Positions 1 through 9,420 of a stretch of DNA of 64,000 bases are shown here, in pieces. The stretch covers positions 1,152,001 to 1,216,000 of the forward strand of contig OY969926.1 of NCBI GenBank assembly GCA_963704645.1, given 5' to 3'. The translations under genes were made by a program, and so were the position numbers. Each line of letters opens with the position of its first letter. Positions within the stretch are counted from its first letter, which is position 1. The notes under the pieces were generated by a model. That model saw only the letters and a program-made list of their open reading frames with translations, did not search any database and had not been told where the DNA came from. The DNA comes from an uncultured bacterium. Lineage in GTDB: Bacteria; Patescibacteriota; JACMRA01.

Positions 1-188
1 ACTTCGTTTTGAATACCTTCTTCTATTGTAATACCATATATTTTTGAATCGAAAGTCATTTTTATTGGATCAACTAAGTTTTTGTTGAACGCCTTTAAAT
101 TGCTTTCAAATCTATAGCTTTCAACAGTTTCTTTGACGTGCTTGAATATATTTTCATCGGAAATAAAGCCTAAATTATATTTATTCAT
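1..188 (-). CDS. Type II restriction endonuclease, Eco47II-like family (5' part; runs off the window start)
   Basis: Not in the ORF track. ATG at 188 overlaps the MTase stop. Manual translation MNKYNLGFISDENIFKHVKETVESYRFESNLKAFNKNLVDPIKMTFDSKIYG... resembles Eco47II-family N-termini from memory, and the gene lies directly downstream of a C5 MTase. Confidence 0.75.
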   Translation of the reverse strand, partial: MNKYNLGFISDENIFKHVKETVESYRFESNLKAFNKNLVDPIKMTFDSKIYGITIEEGIQNE

Positions 189-1590
189 AATTGTGTGTAA
201 TTAACGGTACTAAAATTTTAACCAACTCTCTAACTATATTTACCCCAAGGGCATTTCCTAGTAATCCCATGCTTTTTATGTAGTTACTGGGTAAAATAAA
301 TGTGTCTGGGAAACCTTGTATTCTAGCCCCTTCTCTAATTTTTATTTTTCTAAATTTTTTCTTATTATATATTTCTTTAATAAAATAATTTTTTTTATCC
401 TTAATCTCAGATGGAATGTCAATTTCAGAAATATAGTCTCTAACGCCTGTTTTAGTTAAAGTTGAAAACACATGAGAAGAAGGCAAATAAACTCTATAAA
501 TACTGTTTATACCTGATGAATTTTTAGAATTTACAAAGTCATATTTTTCACCTCTTTTAATTAAAATATTTTTGGAAACAAGACTATTTAAATTATCAAT
601 CAAACTTTCTAAGGCGCTTCCTTCTATTTTTAAAATATCTTGTATATTTTGAACACTTAGCGGATTACCGTCTTTATCTCCATATATTTTCCTTCTTCTA
701 TTTTTTAGGACAGCAAAACAAATTTGTATTTCCTCCTCACTTGTATCAATTAAATCCCAGGAGTGAATGCTATGCTTCCCATTTCTGGTGTCGCAAAATG
801 TGAAGAAATTTTCATTGTTAACTAAGAAGGATATATTAAACGAATTTTTAAGGTTATTATTGTTTATTACATTTTGGCTGTTAATACTAACAGTATTTTC
901 GATAACAGAGCTTAAGTTGGGTAATTGTTTATAACTTTCTGGATAGTGGAACTCTTTTTTTATATCTTTAGAAATTCCAACAATAAATATCCTTTCTCTA
1001 CTTTGCGGCAAACCATAATCAAAAGTGTTTAGTACTTTATATTTAACATTGTAACCAATATCTTCAAAAGACTTAATTATTAATTTTAAACTTTCTTTAT
1101 TTCTTGGATCGGCCAAACCTTTTACATTCTCAAATATAAAGGCCTTGGGTTGAGAATGCTCAACAAATTTTATAGTATCAAACCATAAAGCCCCTCTTGG
1201 GTCATCAAACCCTTGTCTTTTTCCAGCAACAGACCAAGACTGACACGGAACCCCGCCCGTTATTATATCAGCTTTTGGTATATCTGAGATTTTAGTTATA
1301 TCGCCTAAAAATATTTCTGAGTCTGTTTTAAAATTTTTTCTATAAACATCAATTGCAGTAGAATCAATTTCAGAAAAAGCAACACATCGCCCACCCATCT
1401 CTTCCAAAGGAATTCTAAAACCTCCAATTCCTGCATAAAGATCAATGAATGTAAAAAGTTTTTGGCTTTCTTTTTTTTCATCTTCTAGATTTCTATCAAG
1501 TTCATAAGTGAAACCCAAAGTATCTTGCTTATAACTCTTTGATTGAATTTTCAGTTTTTCATCTATTTTAGTTTTTACAACACTAGGCAT
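181..1590 (-). CDS. dcm: DNA (cytosine-5)-methyltransferase of a type II R-M system
   Basis: Motif I (FIDLYAGIGG), catalytic PCQ, ENV, QSRERIF, motif IX (REGARIQGFPD) and motif X (GNA); long variable region. Confidence 0.95.
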   Translation of the reverse strand: MPSVVKTKIDEKLKIQSKSYKQDTLGFTYELDRNLEDEKKESQKLFTFIDLYAGIGGFRIPLEEMGGRCVAFSEIDSTAIDVYRKNFKTDSEIFLGDITKISDIPKADIITGGVPCQSWSVAGKRQGFDDPRGALWFDTIKFVEHSQPKAFIFENVKGLADPRNKESLKLIIKSFEDIGYNVKYKVLNTFDYGLPQSRERIFIVGISKDIKKEFHYPESYKQLPNLSSVIENTVSINSQNVINNNNLKNSFNISFLVNNENFFTFCDTRNGKHSIHSWDLIDTSEEEIQICFAVLKNRRRKIYGDKDGNPLSVQNIQDILKIEGSALESLIDNLNSLVSKNILIKRGEKYDFVNSKNSSGINSIYRVYLPSSHVFSTLTKTGVRDYISEIDIPSEIKDKKNYFIKEIYNKKKFRKIKIREGARIQGFPDTFILPSNYIKSMGLLGNALGVNIVRELVKILVPLITHNYE

Positions 1591-1713
1591 AGTTTGTGTT
1601 TATAATTTTAATTTATATGTAGCGATTGAATTTATGTCCAAAAAAAGTATATTCAGAAATTTGGACTTCTTCTTCAATTTGCCATTTACCCTATTATATA
1701 CCACCAATGAAAT

Positions 1714-3825
1714 ATGTTTCAAAAAATGCTGGCTAAAATTTTTAATGTTTCCCCAGAAGTTATAGAATTTATTTCCGACTCAAGACAGAATTTTAAACAA
1801 AGACTTATTGTACTTGCTCCTCTTACAGCTTGGGCAAGTTTTTTCGCCGCTATAAGCCCACTTATTTTGAAGTTAATAATTGATAGTTTAACCAATAATT
1901 GGACTAGCTTTGCAGGAATTCCGCTTGGCTCTGTAGTTTTAGTTTTTACTGTTATAATTATTGGGCTTGGGGTTATTAATTTATTAGATAACATTTTTAA
2001 TTATTTTAAACAGGTTCTACTTTTAAAAATAAATCAGCAAACAGAAACTTTTATTGAAGATAAATTCATGCAGTTTTTAACCAAATTTGATGGAGCATTT
2101 TTGGGCAGCGAAAACAACCTAAGGTTAATTAGAAATTTGCAGTGGAACATTCAACCTACCCAAACAAAAATGTTACAAATTGGGCAAGATACTGTTCAAA
2201 CTATTGTGGGTGTTGCAACCTTAATTTTCATTATTCCTTTAATTCACCCTTTGCTAATAATTTTAATTGTTATTTCTGTTCTTGCTGATTCAGTTTTAGA
2301 CTATTTTCAGAACCAAAGCTGGCGAAGTTACGAGCTTTTAGAAAGCAGGCAAAGCAGCCAAAAAAGTGAATTAAATTGGCGAATTATTTGGCATTTTAAC
2401 AAACTTTTAGAAAACGGTTGGATAGGCCAAATTTTAGATTCATACAGACAAAGAAGAGGTAAGTGGATGAAAACCGCTTTCGCCCAAAAATATAATGACC
2501 AAGTATTTAGTTTATTTATAAATTTTTCTACCAGCTTACTTAGGGTTGGAACTTTATTTATAGCTGGATGGCTATTTTTGAACGGGCAAATTGAAATTGG
2601 AACACTAGTTGTATTCGAGCTTTACATTACCCAGATTAAAAACCAAATGCAAAGTTTTGGGAACATTTTTAGAAATTTAATAGAACTAAGATTCGAACTT
2701 TTTAGATACGATTTTTTAATTCATATTCAGCCAAAACTAGATTACACAATTTCAGAAAAGCCCGTTTTTAAAGAAATTGATAACTTGGTAATTTCCAATC
2801 TTAACTTCACCTACCCTAAATTTTATGAAGAAGAACAGGCATATCTTCAGCAAATGAAACAAAGAATTACAGGCATTAATGACAGTGAAAATCAGAGCAA
2901 AATTTTAGTACATTTAAAAGCTGTAAAGGAAAGTATTAAACTAAATAAAGGTAATAAAAACAACTTTGTTTCTAGGCAAATATTACTTTTCAAAAACTGG
3001 ATAAAGCTGGTAATTTCCAATCATTCTTTGAATATAAGTTTGCGTAAAAACTTGGTTGAAGAGTTAGAAGAATTAGATAAAATGTTTAACGGAACTCAGT
3101 TTCAAAAAACTGTTTTGAATAGCATAAATTTAAACTTGGAAAAAGGTAAGATATACGGAATTGTTGGCGAAAATGGAGCTGGAAAAACTACATTAATGAA
3201 ACTAATAAAACGCTCTATAGATACTACTTCTGGAGATATTTTAATTAGCAGCCAGAATTTGAATGAGAAGTACAAACTAAAAAACATTGATCCACTTTTC
3301 TGGAAAAAATATATTGGAAATATAGATCAAAACAACTTTTTGTGGGAAGCCCTAACCGTGAAAGAAAATTTGTTTTTAGGACTGGAAAAAGATGAGATAG
3401 AAAAAATAACAGATGAAAATATTTATGCAATTTTGAAAGAACTGGAGCTGGATAAAAAAATTGAGAATTTAGATTTAATTATTGGCGAAAATTTGGAGCT
3501 TAGTGGAGGCCAAAAACAACTACTTGAAATAGCCAGAATTGCTTTGCAAAAAAAGCCAATTATTATTTTAGACGAGGCTACAAATCAGCTAGATGCTAAC
3601 AAAGAAGAGCTTGTAGTTAATTTACTGCAAAAACTAAAACAAAACTCTATAATAATTTTTATTACTCACCGTATGACCACAACCAATAAATGCGATGAGA
3701 TTATAATTTTGGAAAATGGAGTTGTTTCGGAGGTTAGTACACCAGCACTACTTCTAAAATCTAAGCAAGCTAACTTATTCAAAACTTTTTGGAACAAGCA
3801 AATTAGTCCAAACTTGAACTTATAA
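1714..3825 (+). CDS. ABC exporter, fused transmembrane and ATP-binding domains
   Basis: About six TM helices, Walker A GENGAGKT, signature LSGGQKQ, Walker B IIILDE, H-loop ITHR. Confidence 0.92.
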   Translation: MFQKMLAKIFNVSPEVIEFISDSRQNFKQRLIVLAPLTAWASFFAAISPLILKLIIDSLTNNWTSFAGIPLGSVVLVFTVIIIGLGVINLLDNIFNYFKQVLLLKINQQTETFIEDKFMQFLTKFDGAFLGSENNLRLIRNLQWNIQPTQTKMLQIGQDTVQTIVGVATLIFIIPLIHPLLIILIVISVLADSVLDYFQNQSWRSYELLESRQSSQKSELNWRIIWHFNKLLENGWIGQILDSYRQRRGKWMKTAFAQKYNDQVFSLFINFSTSLLRVGTLFIAGWLFLNGQIEIGTLVVFELYITQIKNQMQSFGNIFRNLIELRFELFRYDFLIHIQPKLDYTISEKPVFKEIDNLVISNLNFTYPKFYEEEQAYLQQMKQRITGINDSENQSKILVHLKAVKESIKLNKGNKNNFVSRQILLFKNWIKLVISNHSLNISLRKNLVEELEELDKMFNGTQFQKTVLNSINLNLEKGKIYGIVGENGAGKTTLMKLIKRSIDTTSGDILISSQNLNEKYKLKNIDPLFWKKYIGNIDQNNFLWEALTVKENLFLGLEKDEIEKITDENIYAILKELELDKKIENLDLIIGENLELSGGQKQLLEIARIALQKKPIIILDEATNQLDANKEELVVNLLQKLKQNSIIIFITHRMTTTNKCDEIIILENGVVSEVSTPALLLKSKQANLFKTFWNKQISPNLNL

Positions 3826-3867
3826 AATCTTGACAATGGAATTATTTTACTAAACCCTAAAACAAGC

Positions 3868-3945
3868 GGGTATGTAGCTCAGCCTGGTTAGAGCACAGAT
3901 CTTATAAGTCTGCGGTCGGTGGTTCAAATCCACCCATACCCACCA
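3868..3945 (+). tRNA. tRNA-Ile with UAU anticodon
   Basis: 78-nt cloverleaf: acceptor GGGTATG/CATACCC, discriminator A, encoded CCA, D-stem GCTC/GAGC, anticodon stem CAGAT/GTCTG with loop CT-TAT-AA (anticodon 3903-3905), T-arm GGTGG-TTCAAAT-CCACC. Confidence 0.95.
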
Positions 3946-4040
3946 AACAAATTATTAAATACAAAGCCTTCAGTAAATACACTTAGACAACACTTCCTGA
4001 TTTCTAAATATTTTTTACAATCAAATTAAGCACACACATT

Positions 4041-4355
4041 ATGCCAATCAAACACTTTTTAGATGGTCTTGAAGAAACAATAGCCCGAATTGTAAGCCTT
4101 CTTCTAAGTTTAACCTTCTTCGCACTATACTTCGGAGGCAAAGCTCCAGTTTTTACAGACTGGTACGGTTTAATTGGTGTTTTAGCCTTATTTTGGTTAG
4201 TATACGAATCTGTTTCTTATTTACTGTACATAGTATTTAACTTTTTTTCTGCCAAGAGTGGAAAGGATGATAATTCTAACAGTAAGGTAGATACTAACAA
4301 CTTTGATATGAACCATACAGAAAACGATGGTAATAATTTAGATCAAAACAACTAA
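4041..4355 (+). CDS. Small membrane protein of unknown function
   Basis: Two hydrophobic segments and an Asn/Asp-rich tail. Confidence 0.7.
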   Translation: MPIKHFLDGLEETIARIVSLLLSLTFFALYFGGKAPVFTDWYGLIGVLALFWLVYESVSYLLYIVFNFFSAKSGKDDNSNSKVDTNNFDMNHTENDGNNLDQNN

Positions 4356-4447
4356 TTTATAAATTCACTTTTTATTTAGGAATTTAAATCAACCAAATAA
4401 CAATCAAACTACAAATCAAATCATAATCAGAAATTATAATCACTTAT

Positions 4448-4915
4448 ATGAACAAAATATTTTTAATCGGCCGCTTAACTAAAGACGCTGAAATTAGAAC
4501 AACCACAACAGGCAAAAAAATTGCAAGTTTTAGCATTGCTGTAAACGAAGGAAAAGACCAAACCGGACAAGAAATTGTTCAATTCTTCAACCTAAGTGCA
4601 TGGGAAAGACTAGCCGAAATTGTTGAACAATACGTAAAAAAAGGTAGTAAAGTTGCCATTGTAGGAAGTTTAAAAAACCGCTCATGGGATAAACCAGACG
4701 GCACAAAAGGCTATGCCACCGACGTTCTAGTTAAAGAATTAGAAATTCTATCTTCAGCTGGTGACAGACAAGAAGGAGCAGTGCCATCTGACAATTCTTC
4801 ATCTTCAACTAGCTCTAACAATGCAGGAGGAACTGCTGCTGCAGAAAAGATAGCCCCAGAAGCAGAATTACCAGACATCAACATTGATGACATAAACATC
4901 CAAATGCCATTTTAA
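4448..4915 (+). CDS. ssb: Single-stranded DNA-binding protein
   Basis: MNKIFLIGRLTKD OB-fold start and acidic C-terminal tip DDINIQMPF. Confidence 0.97.
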   Translation: MNKIFLIGRLTKDAEIRTTTTGKKIASFSIAVNEGKDQTGQEIVQFFNLSAWERLAEIVEQYVKKGSKVAIVGSLKNRSWDKPDGTKGYATDVLVKELEILSSAGDRQEGAVPSDNSSSSTSSNNAGGTAAAEKIAPEAELPDINIDDINIQMPF

Positions 4916-4916
4916 G

Positions 4917-4974
4917 GTAGTGGAGACCTCCTGGTTTCCATAAATTTTAATGCAGAGGCGACCACCGCGTCGCC
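4917..4974 (+). repeat. Two tandem REP-like elements
   Basis: GTAG-TGGAGACC-TCCT-GGTTTCCA (4917-4940) and GCAG-A-GGCGAC-CACCGC-GTCGCC (4952-4974). Confidence 0.75.
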
Positions 4975-5022
4975 ATTTGTTGAATTACAAACCCTTCGGA
5001 GTTTATTTTTATGACAATAATT

Positions 5023-5051
5023 AAGACCCTCCGTTTAATGTTGAGGGTCTC
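5023..5051 (-). terminator. Probable intrinsic terminator of the orphan ORF 5072-5284
   Basis: AGACCCTC...GAGGGTCT stem followed by a T-rich tract on the minus strand. Confidence 0.6.
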
Positions 5052-5071
5052 AGCGAGAGATTAAAACACTA

Positions 5072-5284
5072 TCAGTTTAAAACTTTATCAGTTCTCACAA
5101 AATTCACACCCTGCCCTTCAAGAGCACTACGAATTTCATAGAATTCGCTAATCTGATCTGTTTCAAACTTTTGACCCTGAGAAAGACTGTCAATGAGATC
5201 GCCCTCTATAGAATCAATCAAGATGTGAGATGGAGCATAGCCAGGTGCAGGATTTTTGTAAGCAGTGTAGTTTACTGTGGTCAT
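5072..5284 (-). CDS. Orphan hypothetical protein (about 70 aa; start revised to MTTVNY)
   Basis: AGGAG SD upstream of ATG 5284, with TTGCTA-N18-TATAAT further upstream, inside the longer track ORF. Confidence 0.65.
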   Translation of the reverse strand: MTTVNYTAYKNPAPGYAPSHILIDSIEGDLIDSLSQGQKFETDQISEFYEIRSALEGQGVNFVRTDKVLN

Positions 5285-5388
5285 GAGAAGTACTCCTATA
5301 ATATAAAGAATAATGTACTTAATTACATTATATACACAAAATTTTGCTTCTAGCAAGTATTTCTTTATATAGTGAAACACACCATATG

Positions 5389-5465
5389 TTTTAATGTATA
5401 TACGACCACCGCGTCATCATTTGTTTGTTTTAATCAAAATTATAGCGGCAAAGTTCACAAGCCAC
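5389..5465 (+). repeat. Degenerate REP copies
   Basis: 5389-5425 is a decayed direct repeat of 4945-4981 (CGACCACCGCGTC core); 5442-5465 resembles 14702-14725. Confidence 0.55.
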
Positions 5466-5520
5466 CCACCCCAAGTCTCCAACAAACCTAATAAACGGCA
5501 CAGAAACCCTTAAGGTTTAT

Positions 5521-5557
5521 TTTTGAGCAAGAAAAAAGCCTTTCAAATTGAAAGACT
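5521..5557 (-). terminator. Intrinsic terminator, family A (homologous to 6768-6806)
   Basis: Minus-strand hairpin AGTCTTTCA/TGAAAGGCT followed by a T-run and CTTGCTCAAAA. Confidence 0.75.
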
Positions 5558-5592
5558 TGGTATAAAAAAATAATTCTAAGAAATAGCGATTC

Positions 5593-5991
5593 CTAAACTT
5601 TGGCACTCTCAGGGATAATTTTTCCGTCAGGGTCTAGTTTAAATACTTGGAAGCCAGATTCTAGTTCAGAACTTAAAAAAGTCAGAGTCCAAATTTTTGA
5701 AAATGAGGGCAATTGCACCACGTAGTCAATAACAATTTGGGAATCTGCAAAAGCGAAACTAATAGATTGTGCTAGATTAGGAAGAAGGTTTACCAACTCC
5801 TGAAAACTTGTGAGTTTGTGCGTGCCAATCTCATTAGGCTCTGGCAAAGCTCTATAAACAACTTCCATTACTGTATTTGTCTCACCAGATATTGGAATAT
5901 CAGAATGAAGACATAGACGCAGATTTGGATTAGATCGAGCAATTTCTCTAGCTTGTTCGTCAGTCAATGCACTTGCAGTAGCACGGGGCAT
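5593..5991 (-). CDS. Orphan hypothetical protein
   Basis: 132-aa ORF with AGGTGA SD and its own terminator. Confidence 0.65.
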   Translation of the reverse strand: MPRATASALTDEQAREIARSNPNLRLCLHSDIPISGETNTVMEVVYRALPEPNEIGTHKLTSFQELVNLLPNLAQSISFAFADSQIVIDYVVQLPSFSKIWTLTFLSSELESGFQVFKLDPDGKIIPESAKV

Positions 5992-6079
5992 AGTTCACCT
6001 TTGTAAAATATACAACATCTCCTTATTAGAAAAGCATTAAATTATATTAATGTCTAATTAAAAACCACACAAATTTCCC

Positions 6080-6724
6080 CTACTCTATAGTCTTAGGGCT
6101 AGGAATTCTTTCCACAATAGCTTGTAATAAACGTTCTACTCCCATTCCTGTTTTTCCGCTAACGTGTAAAATTTGTGACCTATTATAGCCTAAAATTCTT
6201 TCAATTTCTTCACTTCTAGCTGGAATATCGGCGTTGGGTAAATCTATTTTGTTTAAAACTGGAATAATTTTTAAGTCTAATTCCATAGCAGAATACAAAT
6301 TAGCCAAAGTTTGTGCCTGAATCCCCTGAGTTGCATCTACCACCAAAATTGCCCCTTCACAAGCAGCTAAAGACCGAGAAACTTCATAGGCAAAATCTAC
6401 ATGGCCAGGGGTATCAATTAAATTTAAAATAAATTTCTGGTTAACAAAATTTGTAACATCTAACCCAGTTTCCAAATTTCTTAGTTCAATTTCTTCTTTA
6501 GAAAAAGGAGTAGAGCCAGGGTAAATATAATCCATTCTTACGGGTTGCAGCTTAATAGTAATTCCACGCTCTCGTTCTAAATCCATTTTATCTAGGGTTT
6601 GTTCCTTCATATCACGCTTGGTAACGGTTCCTGTAATTTCCATAAGTCTATCGGCTAAAGTGCTTTTACCATGGTCAATATGGGCAATGATGCAAAAGTT
6701 ACGAATATTTTTAAGCTCGGTCAT
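6080..6724 (-). CDS. lepA: Elongation factor 4 (LepA), GTPase domain only (truncated or split)
   Basis: [36 protein letters not shown]; stops at [10 protein letters not shown] after 214 aa, versus about 600 aa for full LepA. Confidence 0.9.
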   Translation of the reverse strand: MTELKNIRNFCIIAHIDHGKSTLADRLMEITGTVTKRDMKEQTLDKMDLERERGITIKLQPVRMDYIYPGSTPFSKEEIELRNLETGLDVTNFVNQKFILNLIDTPGHVDFAYEVSRSLAACEGAILVVDATQGIQAQTLANLYSAMELDLKIIPVLNKIDLPNADIPARSEEIERILGYNRSQILHVSGKTGMGVERLLQAIVERIPSPKTIE

Positions 6725-6767
6725 GGTGTTTTTATGATTAATATTTTGATGTTATTTGGGAATATTT

Positions 6768-6806
6768 TTTTGGGCAAGAAAAAAGCCTTCCAAGTTTGGA
6801 AGGACT
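6768..6806 (-). terminator. Intrinsic terminator, family A
   Basis: Minus-strand hairpin AGTCCTTCCAA/TTGGAAGGCT followed by a T-run and CTTGCCCAAAA. Confidence 0.75.
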
Positions 6807-6833
6807 GCGATGCGCACATCAATAAAATGCTAC

Positions 6834-7202
6834 TTATCCTAATTTTAGAGCAACTTCCATCAACATCTCAGGTCTAATTTCCATTGTATCTTCACCAGAA
6901 TTACTACCCTCCTCCGCTACAAGGTAGGTGATTTCTCCCTGGACGACAATTGACTTTGCAATTGCATGAATTAACTCATCGCTATCCATTCTGCACAATA
7001 AAATTGGTTGCGAATCAATGACCACGACAACATTGTTTAGTGTAGGCAAGACCTGCCTAACTTTCAAAGCGATTGTGTTGATTGTGTAAGTTTCATCTAG
7101 AAAGGAATCTAACATCAAATCACTAAACAAACGACCACTTAAATCAACTACACATTCCTGGCTCACCAGAGATTGCCAATACCTTAGACTGGAATCACTC
7201 AT
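6834..7202 (-). CDS. Orphan hypothetical protein
   Basis: 122-aa acidic ORF with its own terminator. Confidence 0.6.
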   Translation of the reverse strand: MSDSSLRYWQSLVSQECVVDLSGRLFSDLMLDSFLDETYTINTIALKVRQVLPTLNNVVVVIDSQPILLCRMDSDELIHAIAKSIVVQGEITYLVAEEGSNSGEDTMEIRPEMLMEVALKLG

Positions 7203-7254
7203 TGAATACTCACTATAGAAATTGCTTGGACTTTTTATTCAAATCACAATTTTA

Positions 7255-7566
7255 TCAAATAATCAAGCTAGTCACGTTCAACTTTCTAATAACCACCTCA
7301 TCCTCCACCAACCTAAACCTTGGGCCAAAATAATTTAACTCTGGTTTTTCCACATTTTCAGTAAACATTTCCAGCGGCCTTAGGTAAAAATTGACATTTT
7401 CATTTGGCATTTCTTTGGTGTACAAAGCTTGATAAGCTAACATTAATTGGCCTGTTTCTGTATGAAAACCAACCCCAATAATTTTGTAGCAATAATCTAA
7501 AACCCCCTTTTCAGGATTATGCTTAAAATGGTAATAAAACTGACCAGCTTTGGGGTAATTGCTCAT
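7255..7566 (-). CDS. DUF1653 domain protein
   Basis: YYHFK...YKIIGVGFHTET...YQALY...RPLEMF...PRF pattern. Confidence 0.85.
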   Translation of the reverse strand: MSNYPKAGQFYYHFKHNPEKGVLDYCYKIIGVGFHTETGQLMLAYQALYTKEMPNENVNFYLRPLEMFTENVEKPELNYFGPRFRLVEDEVVIRKLNVTSLII

Positions 7567-7619
7567 AAATTAGTTTTAAACCAAAGTTAAGTTTTATACC
7601 CAACATGTCAATTCACAAT

Positions 7620-7643
7620 GTAGGGGCGAACCCCGCGTCGCCC
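7620..7643 (+). repeat. REP-like element
   Basis: GTAG-GGGCGA-ACCCCGCG-TCGCCC. Confidence 0.8.
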
Positions 7644-7810
7644 TTCGCACATTATAATCCAAAATATTCTCTCATAATTACCATTCGGAGGGATTTATCC
7701 TCCTGTGCTGTGGGAATTTACCTACACGTCGTGAATTATAATTTAAGGAAACTCAACCACAAAGAATAAACTTTATACCTCAAAATCACAAGTGTAAACC
7801 ACTTAAAAAA

Positions 7811-7850
7811 CCTTGACCGAAGGCAATTTTAGTGCTTTATTTAAAGTATA
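7811..7850 (+). promoter_or_regulatory. Putative sigma70 promoter, homologous to 13011-13050
   Basis: TTGACC at 7813 with a TG-extended -10-like element; 29/40 ungapped identity with 13011-13050 by manual count. Confidence 0.55.
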
Positions 7851-7916
7851 CATAAGGTTGTAATGGCCTAGTATAAGTTCAAATTTGTTGTTTGGAAATT
7901 TTAAGGAGATTAAGTC

Positions 7917-8507
7917 ATGCTGTTAAATCGTAAATTTGCTGGTTTGGCTATTGCTACTGGAATCGCTGTTGCTCAATTTTTTGGCGCAATTTGTTCTGCT
8001 CAAGCTCAAAATTTTGATGAGAGCGAGCTAATCATTCCAAATATTGTTGACTGCGACAAGTTGTGGAAAGAAGGCGATCCAAGCCCACCAAAACTGTGTG
8101 CAGATTTAAAAAAAGACAATGGCAGTGACAAAAAAATTGTCATCGATCGCGGCCTTACTGAGTTCCAACGTAAAAGATTAGCAATTCAGCTAAGGGCTAA
8201 ACTAGAGCTGGAAAAACTTGAAGCTAATGAACGCAAACGACAAGGAGCAGAAATCGTCACAGTTGTTTCTTTAAGCTCAAGCTTAAAAATTGAAAGGGTT
8301 TGGAAAACGACAAGAAATAGTGTTTCTTTGGCTATCCCAGCCGAATTTTCATCAACACAGCTCTTGTGGACTGGAGCAGATAGTGTTCCGCGAGGTTTAA
8401 GTGCAACCCATCTTCGTGAAATAAAAAGTTTTATTGTTAGTGGGGAAGATACCTATATCTCCCTTGCTGACGGTATTATTTTAAAAATATCATCAAAAGG
8501 AAACTAA
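7917..8507 (+). CDS. Orphan secreted hypothetical protein
   Basis: Sec signal peptide (AQA-Q) and AAGGAG SD. Confidence 0.75.
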   Translation: MLLNRKFAGLAIATGIAVAQFFGAICSAQAQNFDESELIIPNIVDCDKLWKEGDPSPPKLCADLKKDNGSDKKIVIDRGLTEFQRKRLAIQLRAKLELEKLEANERKRQGAEIVTVVSLSSSLKIERVWKTTRNSVSLAIPAEFSSTQLLWTGADSVPRGLSATHLREIKSFIVSGEDTYISLADGIILKISSKGN

Positions 8508-8520
8508 AATATAGTTTCGA

Positions 8521-8574
8521 CCCTAACCTCACCAACCGGCGTGGAGTTAGGGATTATTTTTTTGGGCGAAAATT
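8521..8574 (+). terminator. Intrinsic terminator, family B (homologous to 10799-10851)
   Basis: CCCTAAC...GTTAGGG stem, T7 run, GGGCGAAAA. Confidence 0.75.
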
Positions 8575-8681
8575 GTTTGAATTATTTAAAATATTTTTGC
8601 TGATCAGCTATTAGGGCAATTGTTTATACAAGTTTATTAAATAAATTTTAAAGCAAACCCCGAACCATATCAACTACCACC

Positions 8682-8756
8682 GTAGGGAAATACTTGCCAT
8701 TCTCAATTCCCCAATTCCCCATTGTAATAACCATTCCCAATCACCATCTCATTGTA
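8682..8756 (+). repeat. Degenerate REP followed by short (C)AATTCCC-like tandem repeats
   Basis: GTAG-GGAAATA-CTTGC-CATTCTC shares the CTTGC loop of the intragenic RAYT REPs, followed by ATTCCCCA-type units. Confidence 0.55.
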
Positions 8757-8850
8757 AGATAAAGTTTCATTTTTACATTTTGAGAAAATTTGTTTGACGA
8801 CGCCTCCATTATATTCTGTAATGAAGTGTTTTTGTAGAAAGGAGCAGTTT

Positions 8851-9315
8851 ATGGCAAAAGGTTGGCATTTGGAGGATGAAACACTATTTATATATAAATT
8901 ATGTAGAGGTAACCCAACTCAAGATGAGACTTATTATGTATCGCAAAGCCTGTCTAAAGTTAGTCAAGCATTGGCAGGTTCTGCAGATGGGGAAATCTAC
9001 GCTCTAATTACAAGTCAAAATTGTAATGGTGATTTACAACTAGCGCACTTGTGCTATTGCTACATTTGCAACAAAAGTGTACATCACGGCGAAACATGGG
9101 AAAGATTTGCCCAAGATTTTTACGAAAGCTACAGAAACCACAGCTTGTTTTCATTGGTATGGGAAAACTATACTATTTATGACAATGAAGAAGTTGATGA
9201 AATCTTAGCTAGTATCTGCGAGGAAGTCCTCTTCAGCATGATACTTCTCTATGGAACAGCAGATCAATTTCCAATGTATTGGAAAGAAAGAGAATGGAGA
9301 ATGCTGTTTGTTTAA
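8851..9315 (+). CDS. Orphan hypothetical protein, Cys/His-containing (start revised to MAKGWHL)
   Basis: AAGGAG SD before ATG 8851. The track's TTG start coincides with the -35 of TTGACG-N17-TGTAAT. Confidence 0.7.
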   Translation: MAKGWHLEDETLFIYKLCRGNPTQDETYYVSQSLSKVSQALAGSADGEIYALITSQNCNGDLQLAHLCYCYICNKSVHHGETWERFAQDFYESYRNHSLFSLVWENYTIYDNEEVDEILASICEEVLFSMILLYGTADQFPMYWKEREWRMLFV

Positions 9316-9331
9316 ATTGAATAAAATATAA

Positions 9332-9366
9332 TACCGCTTTTAGAAATCTTTAAGCGGTACTTTTTT
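9332..9366 (+). terminator. Intrinsic terminator
   Basis: TACCGCTT...AAGCGGTA stem followed by a T6 run. Confidence 0.7.
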
Positions 9367-9420
9367 ATGCAGTCTTTTATAAAACAAAAATTATTAAATA
9401 GCATGTTTTATTCATCAAAA

